Source: Octopus bimaculoides
Lineage: Eukaryota
Assembly (NCBI RefSeq): GCF_001194135.2
Contig: NC_068989.1
Span: 47,508,179 to 47,571,743, forward strand
DNA length: 63,565 nt
Reading direction: 5' to 3'
Part shown: piece by piece, positions 1 to 10,582 of the stretch
How the letters are laid out: every line of letters starts with the position of its first letter
Position numbering within the stretch: position 1 is the stretch's first letter
Program-made: the position numbers and the translations under genes
Notes under the pieces: model-generated
What the model was told of the DNA's origin: nothing
What the model saw: the letters and a program-made list of their open reading frames with translations, nothing else
Database searches by the model: none

Positions 1-86
1 TATATATATATATATGAGAAGAAAATGAATGTAAATAACAAGGTGTAGCTCCTCGTCGTTTTCGCTGGTAATTAACAAAGAAGGTA

Positions 87-137
87 GCAATTACGATCGT
101 TTCAATTTACTAGTTTTAGTAGATATCTTCTGAATGC
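87..137 (-). ncRNA. Degenerate hammerhead motif (antisense arm copy)
   Basis: Reverse complement reads gcatt-CAGAAGA-...-GAAACGAUCGUA-attgc, with a core U4A change and a stem I mismatch. Confidence 0.5.
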
Positions 138-186
138 GAAAAGTAGACTGATACATCGATCAAAATGCGAAAATAATCTATTTTTC

Positions 187-237
187 GCATTCTGAAGATA
201 TTTACTAAAACTAGTAAATTGAAACGATCGTAAATGC
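187..237 (+). ncRNA. Type I minimal hammerhead ribozyme motif
   Basis: gcatt-CUGAAGA-u-atttacta(aaac)tagtaaat-u-GAAA-C-GAUC-G-U-A|aatgc. Stem I is 5 bp (gcatt/aatgc), stem II 8 bp, stem III is the palindrome ACGAUCGU, and the predicted cleavage is GUA after 232. Confidence 0.75.
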
Positions 238-481
238 TACCTTCTTCTTTGTTAATTAATTAAATTAAAGACATAGCAGCGAAAACGAAGAGTTTCTCCT
301 TGTTATTTACAGACATTTTCTTCTCGTATGCAACCTAAACTACAGTCTACCTACCGAACCACCTGATACCGTACAACTTTACAAAGGACTGCACCTACTC
401 AGGTAATAACCAGGAGCGCCTTTGAATTTAATTATACCTTAGAGTTATTAAACTCCTCTAACTGATAACTACACTATATAT

Positions 482-584
482 ATGTGTGTGTGTGCGTGTG
501 TGTGTGTGTGTGTGCGTGTGTGTGCGTGTGTGTGTGTATGTGTGTGTATGTGTGTGTGNNNNNNNNNNNNNNNNNNNNNNNNNN

Positions 585-660
<76 letters not shown>
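482..660. repeat. (TG)n microsatellite with internal gap
   Basis: Direct reading; source of the CV-repeat ORFs. Confidence 0.98.
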
Positions 661-1283
661 TGAGATGAAAGAAGTTCAGATTGGTATATAGTGTTCTTCT
701 GTGGTTGAATATTTGGCAGTGGTCGTTGATAAGAGTTAGTGAAGGTGATAAAAAGTATATTGCAGCCGAAACAGATTTACGTCATGTTGTTTTTATGTAG
801 GATGCCAATTCAGAGTTACGTTTATACCTTGTAGTAACGTCTAATTCCCATTCATCATCGGTGTTTCCAAAACAAAATCCTCTCAAAAGTATCGGTGAGG
901 ATGTACAGAATGGAAGAGAAGAAATGTTTGCGTATTTAATATCCAGTATTCAGAAACTGTTAAGTTTCAGTAACTTCTAGATTCTCTCAAAAATGTGTAC
1001 ACTTGAATATGATTTGCATTCTTGTATATTTAGCTATTGACATAGAAGTACCGTGGTAGAACACATCTGGCATCTACTTGTATGTGTATCACTCTCATCT
1101 CCCTCACTAAGCTCACACCGTGAACGGAACAATCATTAGATACCAAATGCTGAAAAAAAACATTATTTCATACTACTATTCAGAAAAGAAAGTTATTTGT
1201 CTTTCAGCTATTATAGCTTCGAATTACACAGTCTCATATGCTTCTATAAATAATAAATGCACCAAATGATGATACTCTTCATT

Positions 1284-1405
1284 ATAGATTCTTTCGATCT
1301 AGTTTGGATTCTTTGGCGTCAAAATTGAATTCTTTGCCATCAAATTTGAATTCTTTGCAATCAAATTTGATGACAAAATATCCAAACTAGACCGAAAACA
1401 TCTAT
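1284..1405. repeat. Mini element: ~25-bp imperfect terminal inverted repeats enclosing ~3 tandem 21-bp units
   Basis: atagattctttcgatctagtttggat ... atccaaactagaccgaaaacatctat; internal units tcaaa(a/t)ttgaattctttgc(c/a)a. Confidence 0.6.
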
Positions 1406-1487
1406 TTAAAGATGCAGAGGAAATAAGCGAATATAAAATCTGTGATAGATTATGTCGATAGTTATATTTCTTGCAGTATTACAAGTA

Positions 1488-1933
1488 GTCGGCTGGCAGA
1501 ATCATTAACACACCAGGCAAAATGGTTAGCGGCATTTCATCCGTCTTTACCTTTCTGTGTTCAAATTCCACCGAGGTCGATTTTGCCTCACATTATTTCG
1601 GAGCCGATAAAATAAGTACCAGTTGAACACTGGGTTCGATTTTATCGACTAGCCTCCTCTCCCAAAATTGCTGGCCTTGTGTCAAAATCTGAAATCGATA
1701 TTACAGGGGTGAAAAATACGGTGAGCTGGCAGAATCGTTAGCACGCAGGGCAAAATGCTTACAGGCATTTCGTCCGTCTTTACGTTCTGAGTTCAAATCC
1801 TGCTGAAGTCGACTTTGCCTGTCATCCTTTCGACGTTCGATAAAATAAATACAAGTTAATCACGAGGGTCGGTGTAATGGACTAGCTCCCCACCTCCCCA
1901 AAATTTCAGACCTTGTGTCTATAATAGAAAGGG
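1488..1933 (+). mobile_element. Two tandem SINE family B copies (Nin/Deu-like central domain)
   Basis: Both copies have head (g/t)gagctggcagaatc.ttagcac, B-box-like gagttcaaatcc, and the domain gaggtcgactttgcct.tcatcctttcg..gtcgataaaataagtacca, which resembles the Deu/Nin SINE domain from memory. Confidence 0.8.
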
Positions 1934-2418
1934 CTGTTACAGGGATGAAATAAGAGATTAATTCCTTCCGAATATTCAAATATCCACATATTTTAAATCA
2001 CTCAAATTTATTTATTTTATTCGAATCCTAACTGAAGCAGCTGTATGCGATAGATTCTGAACTCAGAACGCAGGGTGTTGCATAGCAGAATACTTTGTAC
2101 CGTTAGCGCACCGCTCGACAACAGAATGTCGTCTTGTGTATACTTACATGACATACGTTTTAAGACAAAATTCTGAAAATGTTCGAAATCAATGATTTCT
2201 AATTTTTTATCTACCGAAAAATGATTTCACTGATCGATAAAGAGTACAATATGTAGTTAAGTGCAAGGTAACTTTAATCACCTTAGGCTATTATCATAAA
2301 GAGAGAAAAAAGTTAATGAGAATTCTGTCAAGTCAAGGAGAGGAATCTCACAAACGGAAATTGGCGAAAAATTAAGTAGTGATTATGTGTGAGATAGAGT
2401 GCTTGATCATCACACACA

Positions 2419-2497
<79 letters not shown>

Positions 2498-3083
2498 NNN
2501 NNNNNNNNNNNNNNNNNNNNNNNNNNNNNNNNNNNNNNNNNNNNNNNNNNNNNNNNNNNNNNNNNNNNNNNNNNNNNNNNNNNNNNNNNNNNNNNNNNNN
2601 NNNNNNNNNNNNNNNNNNNNNNNNNNNNNNNNNNNNNNNNNNNNNNNNNNNNNNNNNNNNNNNNNNNNNNNNNNNNNNNNNNNNNNNNNNNNNNNNNNNN
2701 NNNNNNNNNNNNNNNNNNNNNNNNNNNNNNNNNNNNNNNNNNNNNNNNNNNNNNNNNNNNNNNNNNNNNNNNNNNNNNNNNNNNNNNNNNNNNNNNNNNN
2801 NNNNNNNNNNNNNNNNNNNNNNNNNNNNNNNNNNNNNNNNNNNNNNNNNNNNNNNNNNNNNNNNNNNNNNNNNNNNNNNNNNNNNNNNNNNNNNNNNNNN
2901 NNNNNNNNNNNNNNNNNNNNATATATACATATACATAATTAAGGGATCAGCAACAGTTGCTTCTCCACATGCCGAAGTTCAGAAATAGCAGCTAAAGTGC
3001 TAAAACTCCAACAGATAGCAATACTTGTAACTCACAAAGGCAAAACAAGAAGAAAAAACAACGAAACTAACCAGTCTTCGTTA

Positions 3084-3143
3084 ATCATAGACGCGTTTCT
3101 GGATCAGAATGGTAAAAACCTTCGTTTCCGTCATCAGTATGAT
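3084..3143 (-). ncRNA. Type I minimal hammerhead ribozyme motif (left arm)
   Basis: Reverse complement: atcata-CUGAUGA-cggaaacgaaggtttttaccattctgatcca-GAAACGCGUC-tatgat. Stem II extends through gaa/ttc and ggt/acc. Confidence 0.75.
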
Positions 3144-3440
3144 ATTCTAGTTTGCAAATTTGAAGATGCAGGTAATTATGCATGCTCGACCAAGCGACAT
3201 CGTGCATTAACATAAAATAACCAGCACCTCCGAACTTACATAGGCCAGTCAGTCCTTATCCCTCCTCAAGAATTACCATGTGCGTCACAAGCAATACGGC
3301 AGAAAATCTGCGGTTTACTATCAGTGAGTGAATAATTATTACAAATAAAAGGGTAAAGGATTATTAATTTATTAATAAATTAATAATTAATAATTTTTAC
3401 CAAGCACTTCGGTATGTAAACACCATTTGCAAACTAGAAT

Positions 3441-3501
3441 ATCATACTGATGACGGAAATGAAGGTTTTTTACTATTCTGATCCAGAAACGCGTCTATGA
3501 T
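3441..3501 (+). ncRNA. Type I minimal hammerhead ribozyme motif
   Basis: atcata-CUGAUGA-c-gga...tcc-a-GAAA-C-GC-G-U-C|tatgat. Stem I is 6 bp, stem III is the palindrome ACGCGU, and the predicted cleavage is GUC after 3495. Confidence 0.75.
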
Positions 3502-4189
3502 TAACTAAGACTGGTTAGTTTCGTTGTTTTTTCTTCTTGTTTCGCCTTTGTGAGTTACAAGTATTGCTATCTGTTGGAGTTTTAGCACTTTAGGTGCTAT
3601 TTCTGAACTTCGGTATGTGGTGAAGCAACTGTTGCTNNNNNNNNNNNNNNNNNNNNNNNNNNNNNNNNNNNNNNNNNNNNNNNNNNNNNNNNNNNNNNNN
3701 NNNNNNNNNNNNNNNNNNNNNNNNNNNNNNNNNNNNNNNNNNNNNNNNNNNNNNNNNNNNNNNNNNNNNNNNNNNNNNNNNNNNNNNNNNNNNNNNNNNN
3801 NNNNNNNNNNNNNNNNNNNNNNNNNNNNNNNNNNNNNNNNNNNNNNNNNNNNNNNNNNNNNNNNNNNNNNNNNNNNNNNNNNNNNNNNNNNNNNNNNNNN
3901 NNNNNNNNNNNNNNNNNNNNNNNNNNNNNNNNNNNNNNNNNNNNNNNNNNNNNNNNNNNNNNNNNNNNNNNNNNNNNNNNNNNNNNNNNNNNNNNNNNNN
4001 NNNNNNNNNNNNNNNNNNNNNNNNNNNNNNNNNNNNNNNNNNNNNNNNNNNNNNNNNNNNNNNNNNNNNNNNTATAGTTGCGGTGTGTTCTGTTAAGAAC
4101 GTATAAGAGTACAAATAGAGTTCATTCACCATTTTACTTTTTACTTTTTACTTCATATATATATATATAGCATGTACACAAGAGAGCAC

Positions 4190-5192
4190 GGCTATGAGTG
4201 GTGTATGGAAGACGCTATGCCCGCAATTCGTGAATGATTTTTAGGGGTTTGATAATGTTGCCATCAACAAAATGTTAGTGACTACGAGTAAAGAACTGGA
4301 AATGGATTTGGAGGAGAAGGATTTCACAAATATATTTGAAAAAGACGAGCAGCTCCTGACGAACGAGGATCTGATAGAGCTTCGCGAGCAGTAAAATAAA
4401 TAATAAGAGGAAGTCGAACCTGAGCCACGTCAGTTTACCATTAAGAAAGTGCAGCAAGTATTTACACATATCGAAAAAGGTCTTTCTATGTTCGAAGATA
4501 CGGTTCCAAATGCTCAACACTTTTCCATGATTATGCAGGCTTGGCACGAAGCTTTTGCTCCCTATAATGTAATCCTTGAGGAAAAGAAGGAGACAATTCA
4601 AGGAACTCTTTTTAAGCGCATCGAACAAGAACAACCAAAGTCAAGTCTTGATGTTGACGATCCACAGGAATCTACATCCGCGATGTACACCACCAAATTG
4701 TATGTACGTATTGGCAAATTTAAAATAACTTAGTTTGTTTTACTTTTGCAAAATAATAATAATTACTGAATTTGTTTTTCATCTTAAAAAGGCTTTTATT
4801 TTACCATGTCTTATTGTAAACCGCATTCACAAATAAAGCGTTCGCGATGTACGGTAATCACAACCAAATTGTATTGGTAAATTTAGATTACTTTGTTTTG
4901 TTTTTTTGTTTTTTACTGTACTGTACTAAATAAAAATTATTTGTTTGTAAGCTTAAAAGAAGTTTTTGTTAAACATGTATTATTGAAAATGCATTCATAA
5001 ATAAAGTGCAGAACTGGGGATGTTTATTATCGGTTTAGCCTAGAGACAAGTAAATTCGACCTAGCCTAGCCTAGAAACAAGTAAATTCGGCCTAGCCTAG
5101 TCTAGAGACATGTTAATTCGACTTCAGTCATTTTTCAACTTGAGTCGTGTCTCCTGGAACCAATTCACAACGTAGGGTGCGGTATGTCTGTA
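4190..5192 (+). mobile_element. Tigger/pogo-type DNA transposon fossil (transposase C-terminus and right TIR)
   Basis: Stop-interrupted translation GVWKTLCPQFVNDF*GFD...LTNEDLIEL...EPEPRQFTIKKVQQVFTHIEKGLSMFED...YNVILEEKKETIQGTLF resembles the TIGD1/Tigger1 C-terminus. The end cgtagggtgcggtatgtctgTA is Tigger-TIR-like. Internal ~30-bp tandem units cctagcctagagacaagtaaattcg lie at ~5035-5125. Confidence 0.7.
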
Positions 5193-5500
5193 TTCATATA
5201 ACATCATGGTGTCGGGACAAATACAGACAAACACACACACACACACTCATACACACACAAACACACAAACACACACACATGCACACACACTCACACTCAC
5301 ACAATTATATACGTTATCTTTAAAATGAAAGTTTAGATAGGAAACTTTAAAATGTAGTATCCAAAACTAGTTTAGGGTAATAACCTAATAGTGTATGATC
5401 CTAACAGTGGTGGTAGCACGTTCACCACGTACGGCTGCCGAGCTTCATCTGCGGTACTGCAATTTATTTGCAGGAACTACGTAAGGAATTCCTCGGTGCA

Positions 5501-5995
5501 CGTTTAACATATTTTAGATAATTGGTAGGTAAGTCAGAGTGTACTGTAAACTTTATTTAGTACGACGACCGTTTGGGCTTACATTTGCACTGCTTCCTAA
5601 TGGGTGGAGAATGATATAATGGAATCGAATGTACCCACAGTACATAAAAAGCCTCATAAGGTTACATAATACGTTCCAGTGTTACGATGTGTACATTTCG
5701 CTACTGTGTGTGGCAGGATGGTGTTGCGTTGATGATGCATTTATAAACGCACACAACGCACGCATCATACCAACAACATCCTGTGACACACAGTAGCTAT
5801 GTGTTCGTATTATAACACTATATCGTATCATGTAAGGTGATAAGATTTCTTCTGCACTGTGGGGTGCATTCGATTCCATTATATCATCCCCACCCACTAG
5901 GGAGCAGTGCAGATGTAAACAGAAACGATCATCGTGCTCAATAACGTTTACAGTACAATCTGTCTTCCCTATCAATTATTTGATATATATTTACG
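5501..5995. repeat. ~500-bp foldback palindrome (MITE-like), no hammerhead core found
   Basis: ataattggtaggtaagtcagagtgtactgtaaac...atgatataatggaatcgaatg...gctactgtgtgt pairs with acacacagtagc...cattcgattccattatatcat...gtttacagtacaatctgtcttccctatcaattat. Arms are ~230 bp and moderately diverged. Confidence 0.75.
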
Positions 5996-6145
5996 CGGAT
6001 GTGTATGATTGTGTATAGAAGAATAAATTAATGAAAGGAATTCCATCCTTATCTGATTTTCACGTTTTATTTCTTATAATAATACAATATAATATTATAT
6101 TATATAATATAATGAAATGATAGAATATTAAATGTTCATTCTGAT

Positions 6146-6190
6146 TGAACTAGTACTTTCATGCATTAAACAATACAATCATCAGGTTCA
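6146..6190 (-). ncRNA. Type I minimal hammerhead ribozyme motif
   Basis: Reverse complement: tgaac-CUGAUGA-u-tgtatt(gttt)aatgca-u-GAAA-GUAC-U-A|gttca. Stem III is the palindrome AGUACU. Confidence 0.7.
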
Positions 6191-6646
6191 TATAGCTGCC
6201 GTGACAGTTACGTTTTACAATTTACAACTGTAGTGAGGAGGCAAAAATGTGTGCCTTAAATATATTTGTAGAAGCTCCAGAATGTTAAGTTTTTCAAACT
6301 GTACTCTGACCAATCAGTCTGTGGCTACACTAAATTATTTAAGTTGATTGGTGTTTGGGGTGATGTGTTATATATTTATGAACAGGAATTTGTTTCTATG
6401 ACTCTTATTGAATGACACTGTATCCCAATTTGGTTTGGAATCGTTAGGCATCACGGTTTCACGGTTTGTTGAACATGCCAAAAGACTTCGACATGTTCAA
6501 CATACCGTGACGCCTAAACCAAACCCCAATCAACCTAAGTAATTTAGTGAAGCCACACACTGATTGGTCAGAATGCAGTTTGCAAAACTTAACATTCTGG
6601 AGCTTATACAAATATATTTAAGGTTTCTCACTAAAGTTGAACTTTA

Positions 6647-6691
6647 TGAACCTGAAGATTGCATAGTTTAATGCATGAAAGAACTAGTTCA
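6647..6691 (+). ncRNA. Type I minimal hammerhead ribozyme motif
   Basis: tgaac-CUGAAGA-u-tgcat(agttta)atgca-u-GAAA-GAAC-U-A|gttca. The predicted cleavage is after 6686. Confidence 0.65.
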
Positions 6692-7155
6692 ATCAGAATG
6701 AACATTTCATATTCTTATCATTTCATTATATTATATTATGTTATATTATATTATATTATATTATATTATTATAAGACTGTCAGTAAAACTTGAAAATCAA
6801 AGTTGGAATTCCTTTGATTAACACACATATATATATATACATATATATATATACATTCGAAGGTCCTGGTTGTGTATATATGTAGGGTATTTCCAGAGAA
6901 GCACTCAACCGGAGTTGCGGGCTATCGACACTGTCAGATTCCAGACTAATATCGAAATTCTTCAAACGTACAACAAGTTGGTTTCTCGATCAAAATAATA
7001 AGACGAAGTTTCTGTTGAATGACAATTAGACTGTACTGTATGTTGTGGTGGCAAAATGGGTATTTTTATTAATTAAATTTGGGGAGGTGCTAATAGAACT
7101 TATATGGAGATAGAGAGAGACAGACAGAGAGACAGAGAGAGAGAGAGAGAGAGTA

Positions 7156-7198
<43 letters not shown>

Positions 7199-7865
7199 TA
7201 GAGAATCGTTTGTGGTAACGAGTGTGAGGATAATAGATAACAGTACCACATTAACTTACATACATTTTCTCTACACGCAGCTAACTGTTCACAAAACAAT
7301 TTGGTTTGAACTTGTTATCGACAGTAGTATTATTGTCTAACCGCATGTCGGTCTAATACAAGTAACTTAAATGGTAAAATATGTTTTAGCCTTGACGTTC
7401 CTTTCGTGATGATCTCAGCATTCCATATTGTGAACTCAAACATATAGTGGTTAATGCGATCTTAGCATTCTAGAATTTAGAGTGAGATTTGGAGATGTTG
7501 CTGCAATTTTGTAAAATACTGACAGCCTGCATAGAGAAGCTTTTACTATTTTCTACTCTCAACACCTATTTCCGTCTATAATTATTTACAAAATGTATTC
7601 CAATGAGCTGCGCTTAATATTTTATGCATTTCTTAGAGAAATATTTCTCAGTTTTCGCTTATAGTAAACGTTCTGCTGTACTTTTGACTATTATTAGTTC
7701 ATGTATTAGATGTTTACGAAGAGGAATTTGCATCTATGGCACTTTTAGAATGACACTGCATTCCAATGTGGTGTGGAGTCGTTAGTGTAACAAGTATGTA
7801 TCACATTAGACAAGACAATGGTAAGCAACAAAGGAAATGTGGAAAAAAACATGTCACTTTGAATA

Positions 7866-8610
7866 TTCTTTTACTCTTTTACTTGTTTCAGTCATTTGAC
7901 TGCGGCCAAATTGACCCCAGCACTTATCTTTGTAAGCCAAGTACTTATTCTATCGGTCACTTTTTGCCGAACCGCTAAGTTACGAGGTCGTAAACTCACC
8001 AACCTCGGTTGTCAAGCGAAGTTGGGGGGAACAAACACAGACACACAAACATATACACACACATACATATATANNNNNNNNNNNNNNNNNNNNNNNNNNN
8101 NNNNNNNNNNNNNNNNNNNNNNNNNNNNNNNNNNNNNNNNNNNNNNNNNNNNNNNNNNNNNNNNNNNNNNNNNNNNNNNNNNNNNNNNNNNNNNNNNNNN
8201 NNNNNNNNNNNNNNNNNNNNNNNNNNNNNNNNNNNNNNNNNNNNNNNNNNNNNNNNNNNNNNNNNNNNNNNNNNNNNNNNNNNNNNNNNNNNNNNNNNNN
8301 NNNNNNNNNNNNNNNNNNNNNNNNNNNNNNNNNNNNNATATATATATATATATATACATATATACGACGGGCTACTTTCAGTTTCCGTCTACCAAATCCA
8401 CTCACAAGGCTTTGGTCGGCCCAAGGCTATAGTAGAAGACACTTGCCCAAGGTGCCACGCAGTGGGACTGAACCCAGAACCATGTGGTTGGTAAGCAAGC
8501 TACTTTATTTCATTAGCGATTTGCCATGAAGGCATTACAAAGAGGGGACGAACAAGTCCCCTCTTTGTAATGGTAATGCAAGCTACTTACCACACAGCCA
8601 CTCCTGCGCC
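7866..8610 (-). mobile_element. SINE family A (tRNA-like head, CORE-like ccttgggcaagtg segment, internal TA/TG microsatellite, CR1-like tail), with a 72-bp insertion
   Basis: Reverse complement ggcgcaggagtggctgtgtggtaagtagcttgc...gggttcagtcccactgcgtggcaccttgggcaagtgtcttctactatagcc...ggccgcagtcaaatgactgaaacaag. Confidence 0.85.
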
Positions 8611-8798
8611 TGAGATATTTAAAGTATAAAAAGGAATAGAATTCAGATGGGCGTAGTACAAAAGATAACGCATTTTTAACATAGCAATAATATTGTATGT
8701 ATTAAACTTGCACACACGAAAATGTCTATGAGAGCTCGCCCGTGTGAGTAAACATGCATACATATACATATATGCACACAGACTCGCGCGCGCGCACA

Positions 8799-8848
<50 letters not shown>

Positions 8849-9334
8849 NNNNNNNNNNNNNNNNNNNNNNNNNNNNNNNNNNNNNNNNNNNNNNNNNNNN
8901 NNNNNNNNNNNNNNNNNNNNNNNNNNNNNNNNNNNNNNNNNNNNNNNNNNNNNNNNNNNNNNNNNNNNNNNNNNNNNNNNNNNNNNNNNNNNNNNNNNNN
9001 NNNNNNNNNNNNNNNNNNNNNNNNNNNNNNNNNNNNNNNNNNNNNNNNNNNNNNNNNNNNNNNNNNNNNNNNNNNNNNNNNNNNNNNNNNNNNNNNNNNN
9101 NNNNNNNNNNNNNNNNNNNNNNNNNNNNNNNNNNNNNNNNNNNNNNNNNNNNNNNNNNNNNNNNNNNNNNNNNNNNNNNNNNNNNNNNNNNNNNNNNNNN
9201 NNNNNNNNNNNNNNNNNNNNNNNNNNNNNNNNNNNNNNNNNNNNNNNNNNNNNNNNNNNNNNNNNNNNNNNNNNNNNNNNNNNNNNNNNNNNNNNNNNNN
9301 NNNNNNNNNNNNNNNNNNNNNNNNNNNNNNNNNN

Positions 9335-9490
9335 TTGAGTAGTAAGAAGTTTACTTCTCAACTCAAATGGTTCCGGCTTTAGTCCCACTGCGTGGCACCT
9401 TCGGCAGGTGTCTTCTACTATATCCTCAGGCCAGCCAAAGCTTTGTGAGTGGATTTGGCAAACAGAAACTGAAAGAAACCTTTCGTATAT

Positions 9491-9530
<40 letters not shown>

Positions 9531-9745
9531 GTATGTATTTGTGTGTCTGTGCTTGTTCCCCCAGCATCGTTTGACAACCGATGTTGGTGTGTTTACGTCC
9601 GCGTAACTTAGCTGTTCAATAAAAGATACCGATAGAACAATTACTAGGCTTACAAATAATAAGTCCTGTGGTCGATTTGTTCGACGAAAGGCGGTGCTCC
9701 AGCATGACCGCTGTCAAATGACTGAAGCAAACAAAAGAATAAAAA
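9335..9745 (+). mobile_element. SINE family A
   Basis: Same body and tail ggcggtgctccagcatgaccgctgtcaaatgactgaagc; the 5' end lies in a gap. Confidence 0.85.
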
Positions 9746-10379
9746 GAAACGTATAGAAATATTTGTTCTTGCTGAACGTTTGAATATTTGTGATGACCTA
9801 AAATTTTACAGCTTAAGTTGATATGTGTGGTTATATTATTTAACTCCTGCACTGAAGCCTCCCAAGTTCCGCCGGTTCGCTACTATTAATTTACTTCTTA
9901 GTACATTTCCATGTTCGTAATTATTTCTCGATGATACATATACGGTGACTGCTTCGTTCTTTCCTTCGCTTATGGCTGATTTATATAACAATCGCTCGTG
10001 ACGTCAAATATTGCTGTAATATATTGAGTAGCTAAGCATGTGTCTGTTGTCAGCTTATACAAATAAGTTGTTGAATAGTAACTGAAATATTTAGTTGCTC
10101 TGCCTGGTAACGTATGGCAAATTTTCTATATTTCTCTTCATGGTATGCATTTGAAGTTAATTCTTTTGAATTTTAAAATTTAGATAAACTACCGATCTGC
10201 CGAGTCGATGCACGCACTAAATGATTAAATGTCGCATTTTGATTTAGTAAAATTATCCTGTTCGTATACCTATGATCTACAACTCTCTCTATCTCTCTCT
10301 CTTTCTCTCTCTTTCTCACACACACACATACACACGCGCGCGCACACAACATACACACACATATAAATGTATATACATA

Positions 10380-10582
10380 TAAGAGGGGGTGCTGAAAAGT
10401 TCCAGGCTTCAAGGTTATCGTGAAAGTCCTGGTTGGACGCCCAAAATTCCGTGTTCTTTTATAGGGCTTAGAAAATCTAAAGGACCGCTGCAATAAGTGT
10501 GTGAAACTGAGAGAGCAATATGTTAAATAAAACCATAATTAGCTGATCGTCCTGCATTTTAATTTTAGCCCCCAACTTCGTA
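10380..10582 (+). mobile_element. Mariner-derived non-autonomous remnant
   Basis: Left end agggggtgctgaaaagttcc is mariner-TIR-like, and the internal LENLKDRCNKCVKLREQYVK* resembles the mariner transposase C-terminus (xWxKCVxxxGxYVE). Confidence 0.55.

Larger units (their letters stand above)
12..330. mobile_element. Inverted-repeat (foldback) element with a hammerhead motif in each arm; likely inverted Penelope-like pseudo-LTR pair
   Basis: 12-~140 is the reverse complement of ~180-330 (e.g. gagaagaaaatg...gtaaataacaagg vs ccttgttatttac...cattttcttctc; ttacgatcgtttcaatttactagttttagt vs actaaaactagtaaattgaaacgatcgtaa). The spacer is short and the left end abuts a (TA)n tract. Confidence 0.75.
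2949..3636. mobile_element. Young inverted-repeat element (~210-bp arms, ~265-bp spacer) with a hammerhead motif in each arm; likely inverted Penelope-like pseudo-LTRs
   Basis: 2949-3160 is a near-perfect reverse complement of 3426-3636 (agcaacagttgcttc...aagtgctaaaactccaacagatagcaatacttgtaactcacaaaggc...tttgcaaat). The right arm runs into a gap. Confidence 0.8.
6072..6776. mobile_element. Inverted-repeat element with a hammerhead motif in each arm and a central hairpin; likely inverted Penelope-like pseudo-LTRs
   Basis: 6072-~6360 is the reverse complement of ~6520-6776 (atgttcattctgattgaactagt.ctttcatgcattaaac; ccttaaatatatttgta.aagctccagaatgttaagttt; ctgaccaatcagt). An inner hairpin lies at ~6427-6532 (tgttgaacatg/catgttcaaca). 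The outer ends are (ATAAT)n. Confidence 0.75.

Noticed and set aside
735-800. Possible hammerhead (gtgaaggtg...cagccgaaac...gtc) resembling the SINE E tail
   Set aside because: The CUGANGA core is absent and there is no stem I; at best an unrecognisable relic.
5035-5125. CRISPR-like array (also considered 1310-1370 and 51237-51288)
   Set aside because: The units are directly adjacent without unique spacers, there are no cas genes, and the context is eukaryotic.
5880-5945. Hammerhead in the 5501-5995 foldback (gaaacgatcatcgtg)
   Set aside because: The upstream core reads CAGAUGU, the triplet is GUG, and the other arm does not support it.
6780-6965. GIY-YIG C-terminal remnant beside foldback 3
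   Set aside because: LRLSASLEIPYIYTQP is only loosely similar, and its orientation relative to the adjacent hammerhead arm does not fit.
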